Of a stretch of DNA of 64,000 nucleotides, positions 34,649 to 44,370 are shown one piece after another (position 1 is the stretch's first letter; each line of letters begins with the position of its first letter). Position numbers and translations under genes: made by a program. The DNA comes from a bacterium (lineage in GTDB: Bacteria > Patescibacteriota > Minisyncoccia > Phycocordibacterales > UBA5272). Where the stretch lies: contig JAYUJP010000001.1 in NCBI GenBank assembly GCA_043765155.1, forward strand, positions 19,268 through 83,267. Reading direction: 5' to 3'. The notes below the pieces were generated by a model. It was not told the DNA's origin, ran no database searches, and saw only the letters and a program-made list of their open reading frames with translations.

Positions 34649-34790
34649 AATTATTATTCTATGTTAAAAAATAACGAAGATTTTTATATTTTACAATGCG
34701 TTATCCGTTTAATTTGGTGCTTGGACTGGCTAGTAGTCCTGACTGGCTCCGCACTTGGGACGATGTCCGAAAAGCAATTATAGAAAATAA

Positions 34791-36113
34791 TTAAATTTCA
34801 AAAAAGTAGTAAGCTGGTAAATATAGGTTATCATTTCTTTCTTCTTGAAAATTAAAGGGGTCATTTATAAAAAAAGGAGTACTCCTCATTTCTTTATACT
34901 CGTCTAAGTTTTTAGCAAATTTCAAATGAATGACTCTTGTCTTTGCGACTTTATTTTCTTCACCAAGAATATATAATATTTCGTTAGAATACCTTTTATG
35001 ATCGCCTCCTGATATTAAAATTGCTCTATTTATCTCATCGTTAGAAGAAATATATCCACTTTCAATAATGCTTTTAATACTGCTATAATTTCCTGTTTGA
35101 ATACTCTGAGGCGAATATCTTAACAATTCAACAGCAACACATATTATTGGATTTGGCTCTAGGTCTCTTAATTTTAAAGACACGTAGCTCTGATTTGCAA
35201 TCCTAAGAGCAAGTTTTAATTTACGCATAGTAAATCCAGAGTAATTTCTAAACATTGCCGATATTAGATCTTGTAATATTATTAACTGCGCTTCATTTTT
35301 TAATTCAAAAATATCAGATAAAAATCCATTCAGGTTACTAACTTTATTTTTATAAAAATGAATATAATCCATACATTTAAAGTAAACCTCCTGTGTATTA
35401 ATATTTTCGTAGCTTTGTGTAGAAACTGGAACAATTGCAATAATCTGCTTATTCAATTCTGGTGATTTTATGAATTGTTTAAATGTCTCTAAAAAATAAA
35501 ATCCTCCTTGACCAGCTCTATCTATATCTTCTAGTACAAAAATAATTTTTTTCTTATTGTTATTCTCAAGTAATTTTAGAAAAATATCTTGCATCTCAAA
35601 AACTCTTGTGGCGGGAGTTTTGTCTATAATATCTTTTGACTTAGCTCCAACTATAGCGGTTAATGTTTTTATTATTAAACCAACACTTGGTGAAATTGTA
35701 CTAATTAATTCCGCGCCTGAATTTATAATATCGCTAGTAATTCCAATATTTGTCTTTTTACTATCGTCTGAATTACCGTCTAGTTTACACTTAATCTCTT
35801 TCTCTTTCCCGAACTGTTTTGCTGTAGCTAAAATTAGACCATCCCACAACTCTCTTTTATCTGGAAACTGCCAGGCGTCAAAGTCTACCCAGTACTCTTC
35901 TTCCTTTTTATCTTCTCTTTTATTTTTTACACTTTCAATTAGACTACTTTTCCCAATACCATAATCACCCACAATACCCAAAATAACAGAATTATTAAAA
36001 GTGTCAATTTTTTGACATAATTCTGAAATTGGAATTTGATTTTCCATCCGATCTTCAGTAGAAATCTTTTCTTCTAGTAGCGAGATATTTTTAATGAAGC
36101 CTTTAGTTTGCAT
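34791..36113 (-). CDS. KAP-family P-loop NTPase.
   Basis: Walker A GDYGIGKSS is followed by the KAP-specific YWVDFDAWQFPDKRELWDGLI (FNAW...W). Walker B is KKIIFVLEDIDRA. Confidence 0.6.
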   Translation of the reverse strand: MQTKGFIKNISLLEEKISTEDRMENQIPISELCQKIDTFNNSVILGIVGDYGIGKSSLIESVKNKREDKKEEEYWVDFDAWQFPDKRELWDGLILATAKQFGKEKEIKCKLDGNSDDSKKTNIGITSDIINSGAELISTISPSVGLIIKTLTAIVGAKSKDIIDKTPATRVFEMQDIFLKLLENNNKKKIIFVLEDIDRAGQGGFYFLETFKQFIKSPELNKQIIAIVPVSTQSYENINTQEVYFKCMDYIHFYKNKVSNLNGFLSDIFELKNEAQLIILQDLISAMFRNYSGFTMRKLKLALRIANQSYVSLKLRDLEPNPIICVAVELLRYSPQSIQTGNYSSIKSIIESGYISSNDEINRAILISGGDHKRYSNEILYILGEENKVAKTRVIHLKFAKNLDEYKEMRSTPFFINDPFNFQEERNDNLYLPAYYFFEI

Positions 36114-36544
36114 GTGTAAATTTTATTAAGTTATTTTTTGCTGGTATTAATATTTAGCAATTTTATTAAATTATATTTTACCATAAAAAGAATTTTTATT
36201 CAGTTTAAAATAGTAAACTTTTAGTACTGAAAGTAACTTAAATTTAATTACCCACCCCCTTAAACCTCCTATAATAGATCAAATACTCTATCGTATATAT
36301 AACTTAAATCACTTTTGCAGTACCTCTAAAAACCTGTGAAGCTGGGGTTTATGTAGTTTGTATCAAATACACAAAATAAGAGGCTCTTTTCTGCGTAATT
36401 TTTTGATTTAGGCCATGTTTTTACTTGTCACTCTTTGCTATGTCATTTATCTTTGAGGCATGCATGGTATTAAGCTTCTCTCTCAGATTTCTTATACGTA
36501 TTATTTGTTTTATTTTTTCTTGCATATATTATTTTTTTCTTATG

Positions 36545-37222
36545 TTATATGTTTTTAGCTTCCTGTTTTGTATCTCCGTTACAAGTATTCGCTGACCAAA
36601 AACCAAGCTTATTATTTCTAGCAAAAACTTCTGCCTCTTTATAATCTTTTTGATATTTATATGGTAGATTGTAGGTGTATTCGTGTGCGTATCCATCCCT
36701 AATCATTTTCTCTTGATAAGAAGTTCCATTTTCAAGAAAGACATATCTTAAGAGTCTATTATACTTATCTCTTTCACCTTGGCTTGGGTCTACTTCAAGA
36801 TACACTTGTTTATCCCCTAGAAGTTCTGTAGCTTTTTTAGATGCTTCTTTAGCGAAGCATTGAACTGGTTTTCTTGGGTCTTTTGTTTCAGGTGTATCAA
36901 TACCAATTAAACGAATAGTGATGGACTCACCATCAACTAATACTTTAATAGTATCCCCATCTACAACATCTAAAACTTTATAGAGTGTAGAAGTAGATGT
37001 TTTAATTTCTTTTACTTCAATCTTAGGCGTGTTTATGATGTTTTGACTAGGTATCTGGGTAGTTATTTTCTCCTCCGATGTTTTTATGATTGGCTTATTT
37101 ATAGATATATAAAAAACTAAAAAAGTTGATATAGCTAAAATAATAAGTAATAAGTCAGCTATTGTAATTTTATGTTCAAGAAATTTTTTAATCATATTAT
37201 TTTCTAGGCATTCTACCTCCAC
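36545..37222 (-). CDS. Secreted or membrane-anchored staphylococcal (micrococcal) nuclease homologue (SNase/thermonuclease).
   Basis: VVDGDTIKVLVDGESITIRLIGIDTPE...RDKYNRLLRYVFLENG...GFW contains the SNase catalytic and Ca-binding motifs. There is an N-terminal TM. Confidence 0.75.
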   Translation of the reverse strand: MEVECLENNMIKKFLEHKITIADLLLIILAISTFLVFYISINKPIIKTSEEKITTQIPSQNIINTPKIEVKEIKTSTSTLYKVLDVVDGDTIKVLVDGESITIRLIGIDTPETKDPRKPVQCFAKEASKKATELLGDKQVYLEVDPSQGERDKYNRLLRYVFLENGTSYQEKMIRDGYAHEYTYNLPYKYQKDYKEAEVFARNNKLGFWSANTCNGDTKQEAKNI

Positions 37223-37895
37223 TGTCTAGACACTCTTCTTTACTTGCATAAGCGGTAAAGTTCTGTGTTTTATAATAATAAGTTCCTCCTTTTGGATGAC
37301 ATATACCTGTTCTGCTTTTCTTTATAGGTGGATTTTCTTGGTCAATTTCTTCGACATTACCTATTTTATTGTCTGTAAGCTGCCTTGCATTCCCTACATT
37401 AGAGTTGTTATCAACTACGTTGCTTGTAGGCTTAGTTCCTGTAAGGTTAAATAATGATATGCCAAAAACAGTAATTAGTATCGCCGCAATGATAGATTTT
37501 TTACTAAATTTAGAAAGTATATTATTTACTATATCTTTTTTAATTGTATATTTCCCGTTTTCAAAAATTAAATCTTTAGGAGTTTTATTAAATTGTTTTG
37601 CAAGTATAAGATACGAAAAATACAGCTTGCATCTTTCTATTTCTTGGTCAGTTATATTTTTAAGCCCGCTAATTTCTAATCTTTCTCTGAAAGAGGCGTC
37701 ACCTCCGAACCCTCTAAACAATACCTTAAAGAGTGCTTTTATAAAAATACTTCTCCCTTTTTCTTTACTCTCTAAGCCAAAGATGGATTGCATTTCCAAT
37801 GCTCCAGCATCAATATCCGTTTCACCATTTGGTAAGTGAGTGGACTCTATTTTTTCATATATTTTTTTAGTAGTAGTTATTTTTTCTTCTTCCAT
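37197..37895 (-). CDS. Hypothetical protein with an internal TM and a Cys-containing C-terminal domain.
   Basis: ORF overlapping the SNase gene start by 26 nt, on the same strand. The C-terminus is GICHPKGGTYYYK...EECLDSGGRMP. Confidence 0.4.
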   Translation of the reverse strand: MEEEKITTTKKIYEKIESTHLPNGETDIDAGALEMQSIFGLESKEKGRSIFIKALFKVLFRGFGGDASFRERLEISGLKNITDQEIERCKLYFSYLILAKQFNKTPKDLIFENGKYTIKKDIVNNILSKFSKKSIIAAILITVFGISLFNLTGTKPTSNVVDNNSNVGNARQLTDNKIGNVEEIDQENPPIKKSRTGICHPKGGTYYYKTQNFTAYASKEECLDSGGRMPRK

Positions 37896-37946
37896 AAATT
37901 TTTATATTGTTGAGATTTGTTAAAAATACTTATTTGGTTCGTGTAT

Positions 37947-38291
37947 TTATTGTTGGCTTTCTTTATAATCTCTATAATTTTCTCTTTCCGTATCATACAT
38001 AACTTCAATCGTGTTTTTATTTGCCTCATCTACAACCTTGGTTAAATCTGAACAGATCTTTTTGCTATTGTATTTAATAACTTCTAATTCTTTGTTTTTA
38101 TTAAAATAATCTTCACACGGAGAAGTAAAGAAGTCCCCGTCCTCTGTGTTAGTTAAGTAATGCTTAACAGTTTCTATCTCTTTATCTTTTTGTATAAAGC
38201 TAAGAAAAGCTAAAAACAAGAGCGCAAAAAGCACCATCGTTACAAAGGGGTGTCTTTCGGAATAGCTCATAATTTTATTATTTGTGTTCAT
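37947..38291 (-). CDS. Hypothetical small membrane-anchored protein.
   Basis: N-terminal TM (FVTMVLFALLFLAFLSFI). Operon position. Confidence 0.35.
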   Translation of the reverse strand: MNTNNKIMSYSERHPFVTMVLFALLFLAFLSFIQKDKEIETVKHYLTNTEDGDFFTSPCEDYFNKNKELEVIKYNSKKICSDLTKVVDEANKNTIEVMYDTERENYRDYKESQQ

Positions 38292-38296
38292 ATAAA

Positions 38297-38599
38297 TTAA
38301 CTAAAAGAGCTTACTATTATTTTAGATAAGGTAGCTAATATAGATATCACTAAGCCAGATACTAACCACCAGTCCTGAGACTTTAAGTTATTTCTTGTCA
38401 AAAGAAAAGCTATAGGATATACGGGTAAAGCAAATATGACTCCACCAAAGACATAAGCAACAAAAGACCCTATAGATCCCACAGAAATAGGCCCACCCAA
38501 AATTATAAGATAGGCACCGAATATGGCACTTATTAAGATAAGTTTTAATATAATATTATTTTTTCTTATAAAGCTATCAGATACTACGTTATTTTTCAT
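38297..38599 (-). CDS. Hypothetical small integral membrane protein (3 TM).
   Basis: Hydrophobic through most of its 100 aa. It is the first gene of the co-directional cluster. Confidence 0.35.
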   Translation of the reverse strand: MKNNVVSDSFIRKNNIILKLILISAIFGAYLIILGGPISVGSIGSFVAYVFGGVIFALPVYPIAFLLTRNNLKSQDWWLVSGLVISILATLSKIIVSSFS

Positions 38600-38864
38600 A
38601 TATTTATATATTATTTATTAAGATTTGCTTACTTAATACGAAACAAAATAAGCACCCCAGTAAGGTGCTCACAAACCAATAGACTTGCTACTGATATGTT
38701 TCCTTACATAGGATGCCTATGTTGGACACATCAATAGCACTAAATAGACACTTTTTAAAGTGTAGTCTTGTTGGTTTATGAGCATATATATTATAACATA
38801 ATTTACTAAAATTTACCCCTCTCACACCCTCTCATAAAATGAGAAAAAATGGTAAAATATAAGT

Positions 38865-39689
38865 ATGGTAAAAATTAAGACTAATTCAATTTTTGCTCTA
38901 TCAGAAGTTTTACAGTACATATCTTATTCAATTCATGATAATATATACAAAAAAGATGACCCAGTAAATTATAGCTACTGGGGTGTAGCTTTCAGTAATA
39001 CCTATAGAGATCTAAGAATAAATAACAGGGAAGTTCTGAGTGGTTACAGTTTTGAAAGCGACGTAAATAATTTAGCTATTAATTCAGTAAAAACTACAGA
39101 GATAGATTTTTTTAGAAATATTTTTAATATTATTTTTACTCTTGAGGAAAAAGGGTTAATCGAAAACTCAGATATTTTTATCGGCACTATGCTTGCCTGG
39201 TTCTTAGACCCAGTAAGATCATTTTATACAAAAATACAAAGAGAAGGTGCTCTCAATGCTATAAATTTGATTTTAGATAGGTATTACTGGGTTATAAAAT
39301 ATAGTAATTCTAGAAAAAAATATATATTTGAAAGACAGGTAATGGTTGCTTCGGTAGATAAAGATGCTATTTATATTAATAACGAGAGGGTTTTTATAAC
39401 TAAAGGACACCTTAAATACAAAAAAGATAATGATGAAATTGAGAAAATTAAAACTAAGCCAGCAGATATAAAAATACTTATTTTTTTAATTAGCTCAGGT
39501 AAAGCAAATATTAATAATTGGTTTAAGATTAAAGATTTGGCAACAAAATTGGGTTTAAAAGCTGGAACAGTCTCTAACTCCTTTTCTTCTTTTAGAGGAA
39601 TTTCTAAAATTATTAAAAGTGATCTTTTTGAAGATCGTGGGATAGACTCCAAAGGTAAAGATTTTAGGATAAATCCAAAAGTTTTATAA
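38865..39689 (+). CDS. Hypothetical protein with a possible C-terminal winged-helix. Candidate island regulator or replication protein.
   Basis: It is the only plus-strand gene between the minus-strand cluster and the recombinase. The C-terminal KIKDLATKLGLKAGTVSNSF is HTH-like. Confidence 0.35.
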   Translation: MVKIKTNSIFALSEVLQYISYSIHDNIYKKDDPVNYSYWGVAFSNTYRDLRINNREVLSGYSFESDVNNLAINSVKTTEIDFFRNIFNIIFTLEEKGLIENSDIFIGTMLAWFLDPVRSFYTKIQREGALNAINLILDRYYWVIKYSNSRKKYIFERQVMVASVDKDAIYINNERVFITKGHLKYKKDNDEIEKIKTKPADIKILIFLISSGKANINNWFKIKDLATKLGLKAGTVSNSFSSFRGISKIIKSDLFEDRGIDSKGKDFRINPKVL

Positions 39690-40116
39690 GCATGCTCATC
39701 AGCTCCTTCACCAATTTTTAGTGAAGGTATATTTTGACGTAAAATAGTAAAGAGTATATTTTTTAATAACCAGTAAATTTTCTTATAATATAGGTAAATT
39801 TTTTCTTTTTACAGAACCCATTTTTATAATGGGTATTTTTGCTTGACAAGATATGTTGATGAATGAGTTAAAAGAAGAGTAATAAGTTAAATATAAATAT
39901 TACAGTTAAAAATACAGGTAAATAAAAACCTACGTCTATCTTTATCAAATCTATGTAGCAGTAACATTTCTAGTAAAGTCTACAGACTTACTCTTAATAT
40001 TACCGCCAGAAATAATTATACAAGAAATTAGATAGTAATAGTAAAAAGTTTATTTTTCATTTACCTTAACTGTGAGTTACTTACTTTTTCTTATTATAAA
40101 AAGCCCCCAACACATA

Positions 40117-40266
40117 CATGCAATTATCAGCAAAAGCAATTCAAGATCTAAGAATTGAGCTTCGTAGAAACTACGGCGCTAGTGTTGATATTGCTTTAGA
40201 CAATGAGGAAGTTAACAGGGTGGGTGTTCTAATGCTTAATCTTGTCGCTTCTAAATTATGTGCATA
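40117..40266 (+). CDS. Possible small ORF of 49 aa in the 1.1-kb non-coding stretch.
   Basis: Translation: MQLSAKAIQDLRIELRRNYGASVDIALDNEEVNRVGVLMLNLVASKLCA. No clear RBS. Confidence 0.2.
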
Positions 40267-40966
40267 GTGGTGTCCTTGGTCAAAAAATGTTTTTTATTTA
40301 TTCCCAAAAAGTTGAGGAGGCAAAAAAGACCTCAACATATCAAAAAGAGATATAGTTAGCAAAATATAACCGCAGTCTCGTATTTTGTATCAGAAAACAC
40401 TATATCAGTAAAACGCAGACTACGCTAGAAACTATTACTTGATTATCTGATTTTACAAAACCAAGTTCAAACTTATACAACGGCTCCAAAAGTGATACTC
40501 TTCAGAGTAAATAGAGGGGGATTAAATAAAAAATTACATAATATGATATAAACTTACTTTCAACATGTAAGCAGGTTGCCTTTTCTTACCAACTCACCAA
40601 ATGTGATAAACAAAACAAGGAAAATATGTACAAAACAAGAAAACAACACAAATCAAAAATGCTTGAGTTAAGAGCAGATAAGTTACTAAAAAATACAATC
40701 ATTAAAAATAACACAAAATATGAAAACAAGATACGTAAAAGTTAAACAATTATACACTCAAGAATATTTAGATAGCAAATTACCTGTTATCAAATTCTAG
40801 AGTTTGTGATAAAATAAATAAGCTACACCAGATCCAAAAATAATTCATAAAATCATCTAAAATATTTGTGAATAAAAACGAGGCAACGATGCGGATCCGG
40901 TGTAGCAACTTAATCTCAAAATATCGCTGCCTCATTTTTGTTTATAAACTAACTAATAAAAATAAT

Positions 40967-42670
40967 ATGTACGAAATAAATTATGGTGAACTTAAGGCAG
41001 TGAATTATAATCGTAAATCTTCTGAGTCAGAAGAGAAGCAAATACTATCTATAGACTCTCAGATTGATGAAAATAAAAAGATAGTGAGTCAATTGGGTGT
41101 TAAAAGTCTTGATATTCTGAGGGAGTCAAAGTCTGGTAAGATGTCAAATAAGAGACCAATCTTTACTCAAATGATTAAAGATATTAAGGATGGTAAGTAC
41201 GATAGCATTGTATGTTGGAAACTTGATCGTCTGGCTCGTAACATGATTGATGGCGGGGTTGTAATGGACATGTTACAGCGTGGGACTATCAAGTGCATAA
41301 TCACTCCTAGTAAGATTTATCATAGCAGCGAGAATACTCTATTACTCTCTGTTGAGTTTGGTTCTGCTAACCAATTCGTGCGTGACCTATCTGTAAATGT
41401 TAAAAGGGGTCAGACTAAGAAAGCGTCAATTGGGTTACCTCATGGTGTCGCTACACTTGGATTTTTAAATGACAGAGCGGGAGAAAAAGGAAATAAAAAA
41501 TGGCTTGTGGACGAAGATAGGCTATGGAAAATTCAAAAACTATTTGAAATGTTTTTAACTGGTAATTACTCGGCTAGCAGACTCTATGAATATGCCATAA
41601 ATGAGCTAAAATTGACTACAGTTAAGAGGAAAAGAACTGGGGGTAACAATATAGCTTTGTCTAGAATATACGATATATTTAAAGATCCCGTGTATGCTGG
41701 ATACTTCTTTTACGATGAGCAGAGATATGAACTAGATAAAAATTTACCCAGAATAATATCAGAGGCAGAATATGAAAAAGTAAAAAGTCTCTTATCAAGA
41801 AAAAATATACCTAAAACTCAACATCATAAACCTGTATACTCTGGCTATATATCTTCTCCCCTTGGGGAATATATTGGCGGAGATATAAAAAAGCAACTTA
41901 TTTGTGATTGTAAGTTCAAATTTGCTTACTCTAAAAGAGAAACCTGTCCTAAATGTCTTGTTGAGATAAGTAAGCTGTCGAACCCAAAGTTTTTAGAATA
42001 TAGAAAGTATATAAACATAAAAAGAAAGAAAGCTAAGATCCTAGATAGAACCATAAAAGTAAAATCTATAGAAGAGTCTTCTATAGATAGTCAGCTGTCT
42101 AATCATATTGAACAGAGTTTATTTTTTGCAGACGAGGTTCTTGGGTGGGCTAAAAAATATATACATGAATTAGAAAACATAGAAATGAGAAACAAAATTC
42201 TCTTTGAGAGAAATAAAGAAAGCAGGAAAATAGAGTTATCTGATAAAAAGTCAAAAATGAGAAGCAGGCTCTATGAAAATCAAATTACTAACAGTGAGTA
42301 TGGCGAAGATCTGATTAAATTAGAAAAAGAATATTCTGATACAAAAGAAGAAATAGGCGACGCAAAGATAAACTGGATTGATAAGCTAGATAAAATTATA
42401 TCAGTAAGTAAAATTGCAAGGGACACTATCCTCAATGGAACCTATAATGAAAAAAGACAACTACTTTCAGACTTTAGTCCTAACCTAGTCTGGGATGAAG
42501 AAAAACTCTTAATTAACAATAATTATTTGATAAATAAAATTATTGTGGCCATAAAAGTCTCAAATCAAGAATTTGCAAAGTACGAACCTAATTTAAGCTT
42601 TGATATACAAGGCTTAAATGAAAAAACACCCCTTAAAAGAGATGATTTTTCTATTATGCTCCGTGAGTAG
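40967..42670 (+). CDS. Large serine recombinase with resolvase/invertase catalytic domain, recombinase domain and a C-terminal zinc-ribbon/coiled-coil. The likely start is MYEINYG. The longer ORF from 40868 is probably not translated.
   Basis: The catalytic N-terminus AVNYNRKSSESEEKQ...SIDSQ (Ser nucleophile region) and DSIVCWKLDRLARN are present. CPKC marks a zinc ribbon. The stop codon overlaps tRNA-Asn. Confidence 0.8.
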   Translation: MYEINYGELKAVNYNRKSSESEEKQILSIDSQIDENKKIVSQLGVKSLDILRESKSGKMSNKRPIFTQMIKDIKDGKYDSIVCWKLDRLARNMIDGGVVMDMLQRGTIKCIITPSKIYHSSENTLLLSVEFGSANQFVRDLSVNVKRGQTKKASIGLPHGVATLGFLNDRAGEKGNKKWLVDEDRLWKIQKLFEMFLTGNYSASRLYEYAINELKLTTVKRKRTGGNNIALSRIYDIFKDPVYAGYFFYDEQRYELDKNLPRIISEAEYEKVKSLLSRKNIPKTQHHKPVYSGYISSPLGEYIGGDIKKQLICDCKFKFAYSKRETCPKCLVEISKLSNPKFLEYRKYINIKRKKAKILDRTIKVKSIEESSIDSQLSNHIEQSLFFADEVLGWAKKYIHELENIEMRNKILFERNKESRKIELSDKKSKMRSRLYENQITNSEYGEDLIKLEKEYSDTKEEIGDAKINWIDKLDKIISVSKIARDTILNGTYNEKRQLLSDFSPNLVWDEEKLLINNNYLINKIIVAIKVSNQEFAKYEPNLSFDIQGLNEKTPLKRDDFSIMLRE

Positions 42671-42730
42671 GGATCGAACCTACGACCAATTCCTTAACAG
42701 GGAACTGCTCTACCGCTGAGCTATCACGGA
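42659..42730 (-). tRNA. tRNA-Asn (anticodon GTT).
   Basis: The minus strand reads TCCGTGATAGCTCAGCGGTAGAGCAGTTCC-CTGTTAA-GGAATTGGTCGTAGGTTCGATCCCTACTCACGGA+G. The cloverleaf has a GGTTCGATCC T-loop. The 3' 12 nt overlap the recombinase stop. Confidence 0.85.
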
Positions 42731-42820
42731 ATATCAGACATCTGTGTTTTTATAAATAAATACGCAGAATGTTTGATACAGGTATTATACTTTATTTCGC
42801 CACTTTTTGCAAATATATTT

Positions 42821-43687
42821 TTATATGTTTTTGATAACTTGCAATATTGGATTATCAGCTTTTATTGTGAATGCTGCAGCATTTTTATGTCCTCCTCCGC
42901 CATGCTTTATTGCTATAACACTTACATCAAAATCAGCAACTGACCTCAGGCTAATCTTCCACTTATTATCAACATATTGATATATTATAGAAAAGCTATT
43001 TGTCTTTTTAGCTAACTCATGACCTAGCTCGCTTTTTATCTCGCTCGGAGCATTAACTGCGTACACCTGATGCCCTTCAAAATCTATAAGCTCTGCTCTC
43101 TCTATATATCTTTTTATATTACCTTCTCTAGAATCATGTAGCGCCTGACCTATTTTTTTTATTCTTTCAAAATTATTAGTATCTTCTAATTCTTTTACTA
43201 TCTCGTCTATCATTTGTATACTTAGATCCTTATCGCCTTTATATATATAGGCATTTATATACTTATAGTCAGGCATTTTGTTAGTCCAAGTGTCACTATC
43301 TGATATATACTGTATAACTAGTGGCATTTCTAATTCTGGGTAAAAATAATTCCAAGCTAGCGCGCAGCCAGAAATACCTTCACCGTATACATGATTGTGT
43401 ACGCTCTCAATATTTTCTTTTGCTCCAACATGATGGTCTAGTATAACTAGTTTTTTACATTTACTTTCCAGACCTAAAAGTATTTCTTTTGTAAAAGAAA
43501 AGTCCACTATATATATTTCTTTTTCTGATAATTCTGTATCAGAGAGACTGGAAATATTAATTGGCAAATTTTTCCAATCATCACAAGCGATATATTCTGC
43601 ATCATTACTATATTTCTGAAAACATACCCACGCCGAAGCCATGCCGTCCATACAATTTTTATGATATATAATTATTGTATTTTTCAT
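42821..43687 (-). CDS. DHH-family phosphoesterase (NrnA-like nanoRNase / pAp phosphatase) with DHH and DHHA1 domains.
   Basis: DHH motif ILDHH. Aspartate motifs are CMDGMAS and DFS. DHHA1 GGGH is near the C-terminus. Confidence 0.7.
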   Translation of the reverse strand: MKNTIIIYHKNCMDGMASAWVCFQKYSNDAEYIACDDWKNLPINISSLSDTELSEKEIYIVDFSFTKEILLGLESKCKKLVILDHHVGAKENIESVHNHVYGEGISGCALAWNYFYPELEMPLVIQYISDSDTWTNKMPDYKYINAYIYKGDKDLSIQMIDEIVKELEDTNNFERIKKIGQALHDSREGNIKRYIERAELIDFEGHQVYAVNAPSEIKSELGHELAKKTNSFSIIYQYVDNKWKISLRSVADFDVSVIAIKHGGGGHKNAAAFTIKADNPILQVIKNI

Positions 43688-43707
43688 AATTTACTTTTAT
43701 TTAACCT

Positions 43708-43783
43708 TGGTGCCAAGACCCGGGCTCGAACCGGGGACCCCTTCCTCTTCAGGGAAATGCTCTACCAACTGAGCTATCTTGGC
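43708..43783 (-). tRNA. tRNA-Phe (anticodon GAA) with an encoded CCA.
   Basis: The minus strand reads GCCAAGATAGCTCAGTTGGTAGAGCATTTCC-CTGAAGA-GGAAGGGGTCCCCGGTTCGAGCCCGGGTCTTGGCACCA. Confidence 0.85.
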
Positions 43784-43885
43784 TTACTTTTACACTTTTA
43801 ATTATAACACAAAAGCATAAAAAGTAAAAACCTATTCAAAACAGATAAAAGCAGTAAAGTTTAATCTAAAATAGCTTAAGTGTAA

Positions 43886-44206
43886 CTACTTATTGAAAAA
43901 AGATTTTATAACGTCTAAAAAGTTTCTGATGGCTTTTGTCTCAGGCAATTGACCTCCAACAGTGTTAAGATTATTGTTTACATTAGTAATAGCATTTTGA
44001 AGACTGCTAAAATTTTCAGTTATTTTTAGCATATACGGCTGAGCGTAATAATACACTCCAAGTAGAGTTCCGATTATAAACAACCAGTACAATATACGCA
44101 TAAAGTTAGCGATGCGTTCACGGCGTAGAAGTGAGCGCAGTATCTCGTTGTTCTCTTGTATCATTTCGTACATCTCGTCTAATTTTTCTTGGTTAGTTTG
44201 TGACAT
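43886..44206 (-). CDS. Hypothetical small membrane protein (1 TM).
   Basis: ORF with a central hydrophobic helix (ILYWLFIIGTLLGVYYY). No family recognised. Confidence 0.35.
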   Translation of the reverse strand: MSQTNQEKLDEMYEMIQENNEILRSLLRRERIANFMRILYWLFIIGTLLGVYYYAQPYMLKITENFSSLQNAITNVNNNLNTVGGQLPETKAIRNFLDVIKSFFNK

Positions 44207-44298
44207 GATTATTTTTGTTTGTCTAAAAAATATTTTATATTATTTTTATAAATTTATATGTTTCTAATTATATCACAAATATGTTAAAATAGAATAAC

Positions 44299-44370
44299 GC
44301 CCTTGTAGTTAAATGGATATAACTGCTCCGTCCTAAGGAGTTATTGTGGGTTCGATTCCTGCCGAGGGCA
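44299..44370 (+). tRNA. tRNA-Arg (anticodon CCT).
   Basis: GCCCTTGTAGTTAAATGGATATAACTGCTCC-GTCCTAA-GGAGTTATTGTGGGTTCGATTCCTGCCGAGGGCA. The acceptor stem has one G-U pair. Confidence 0.75.

Larger units (their letters stand above)
32709..42730. mobile_element. Putative integrated element or genomic island abutting tRNA-Asn. The left boundary is not defined because no att direct repeat was found by eye.
   Basis: A serine recombinase overlaps the tRNA 3' end. It adjoins a 1.1-kb non-coding stretch and a block of hypothetical, nuclease and NTPase genes of non-housekeeping character, all on one strand. Confidence 0.35.

Noticed and set aside
40868-40966. A 33-codon N-terminal extension of the serine recombinase (MNKNEATMRIRCSN...).
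   Set aside because: Serine recombinases begin 10-15 aa before the catalytic Ser. The conserved block starts at MYEINYGELKAVNYNRKSS. The upstream segment overlaps an inverted repeat and is more likely regulatory DNA.
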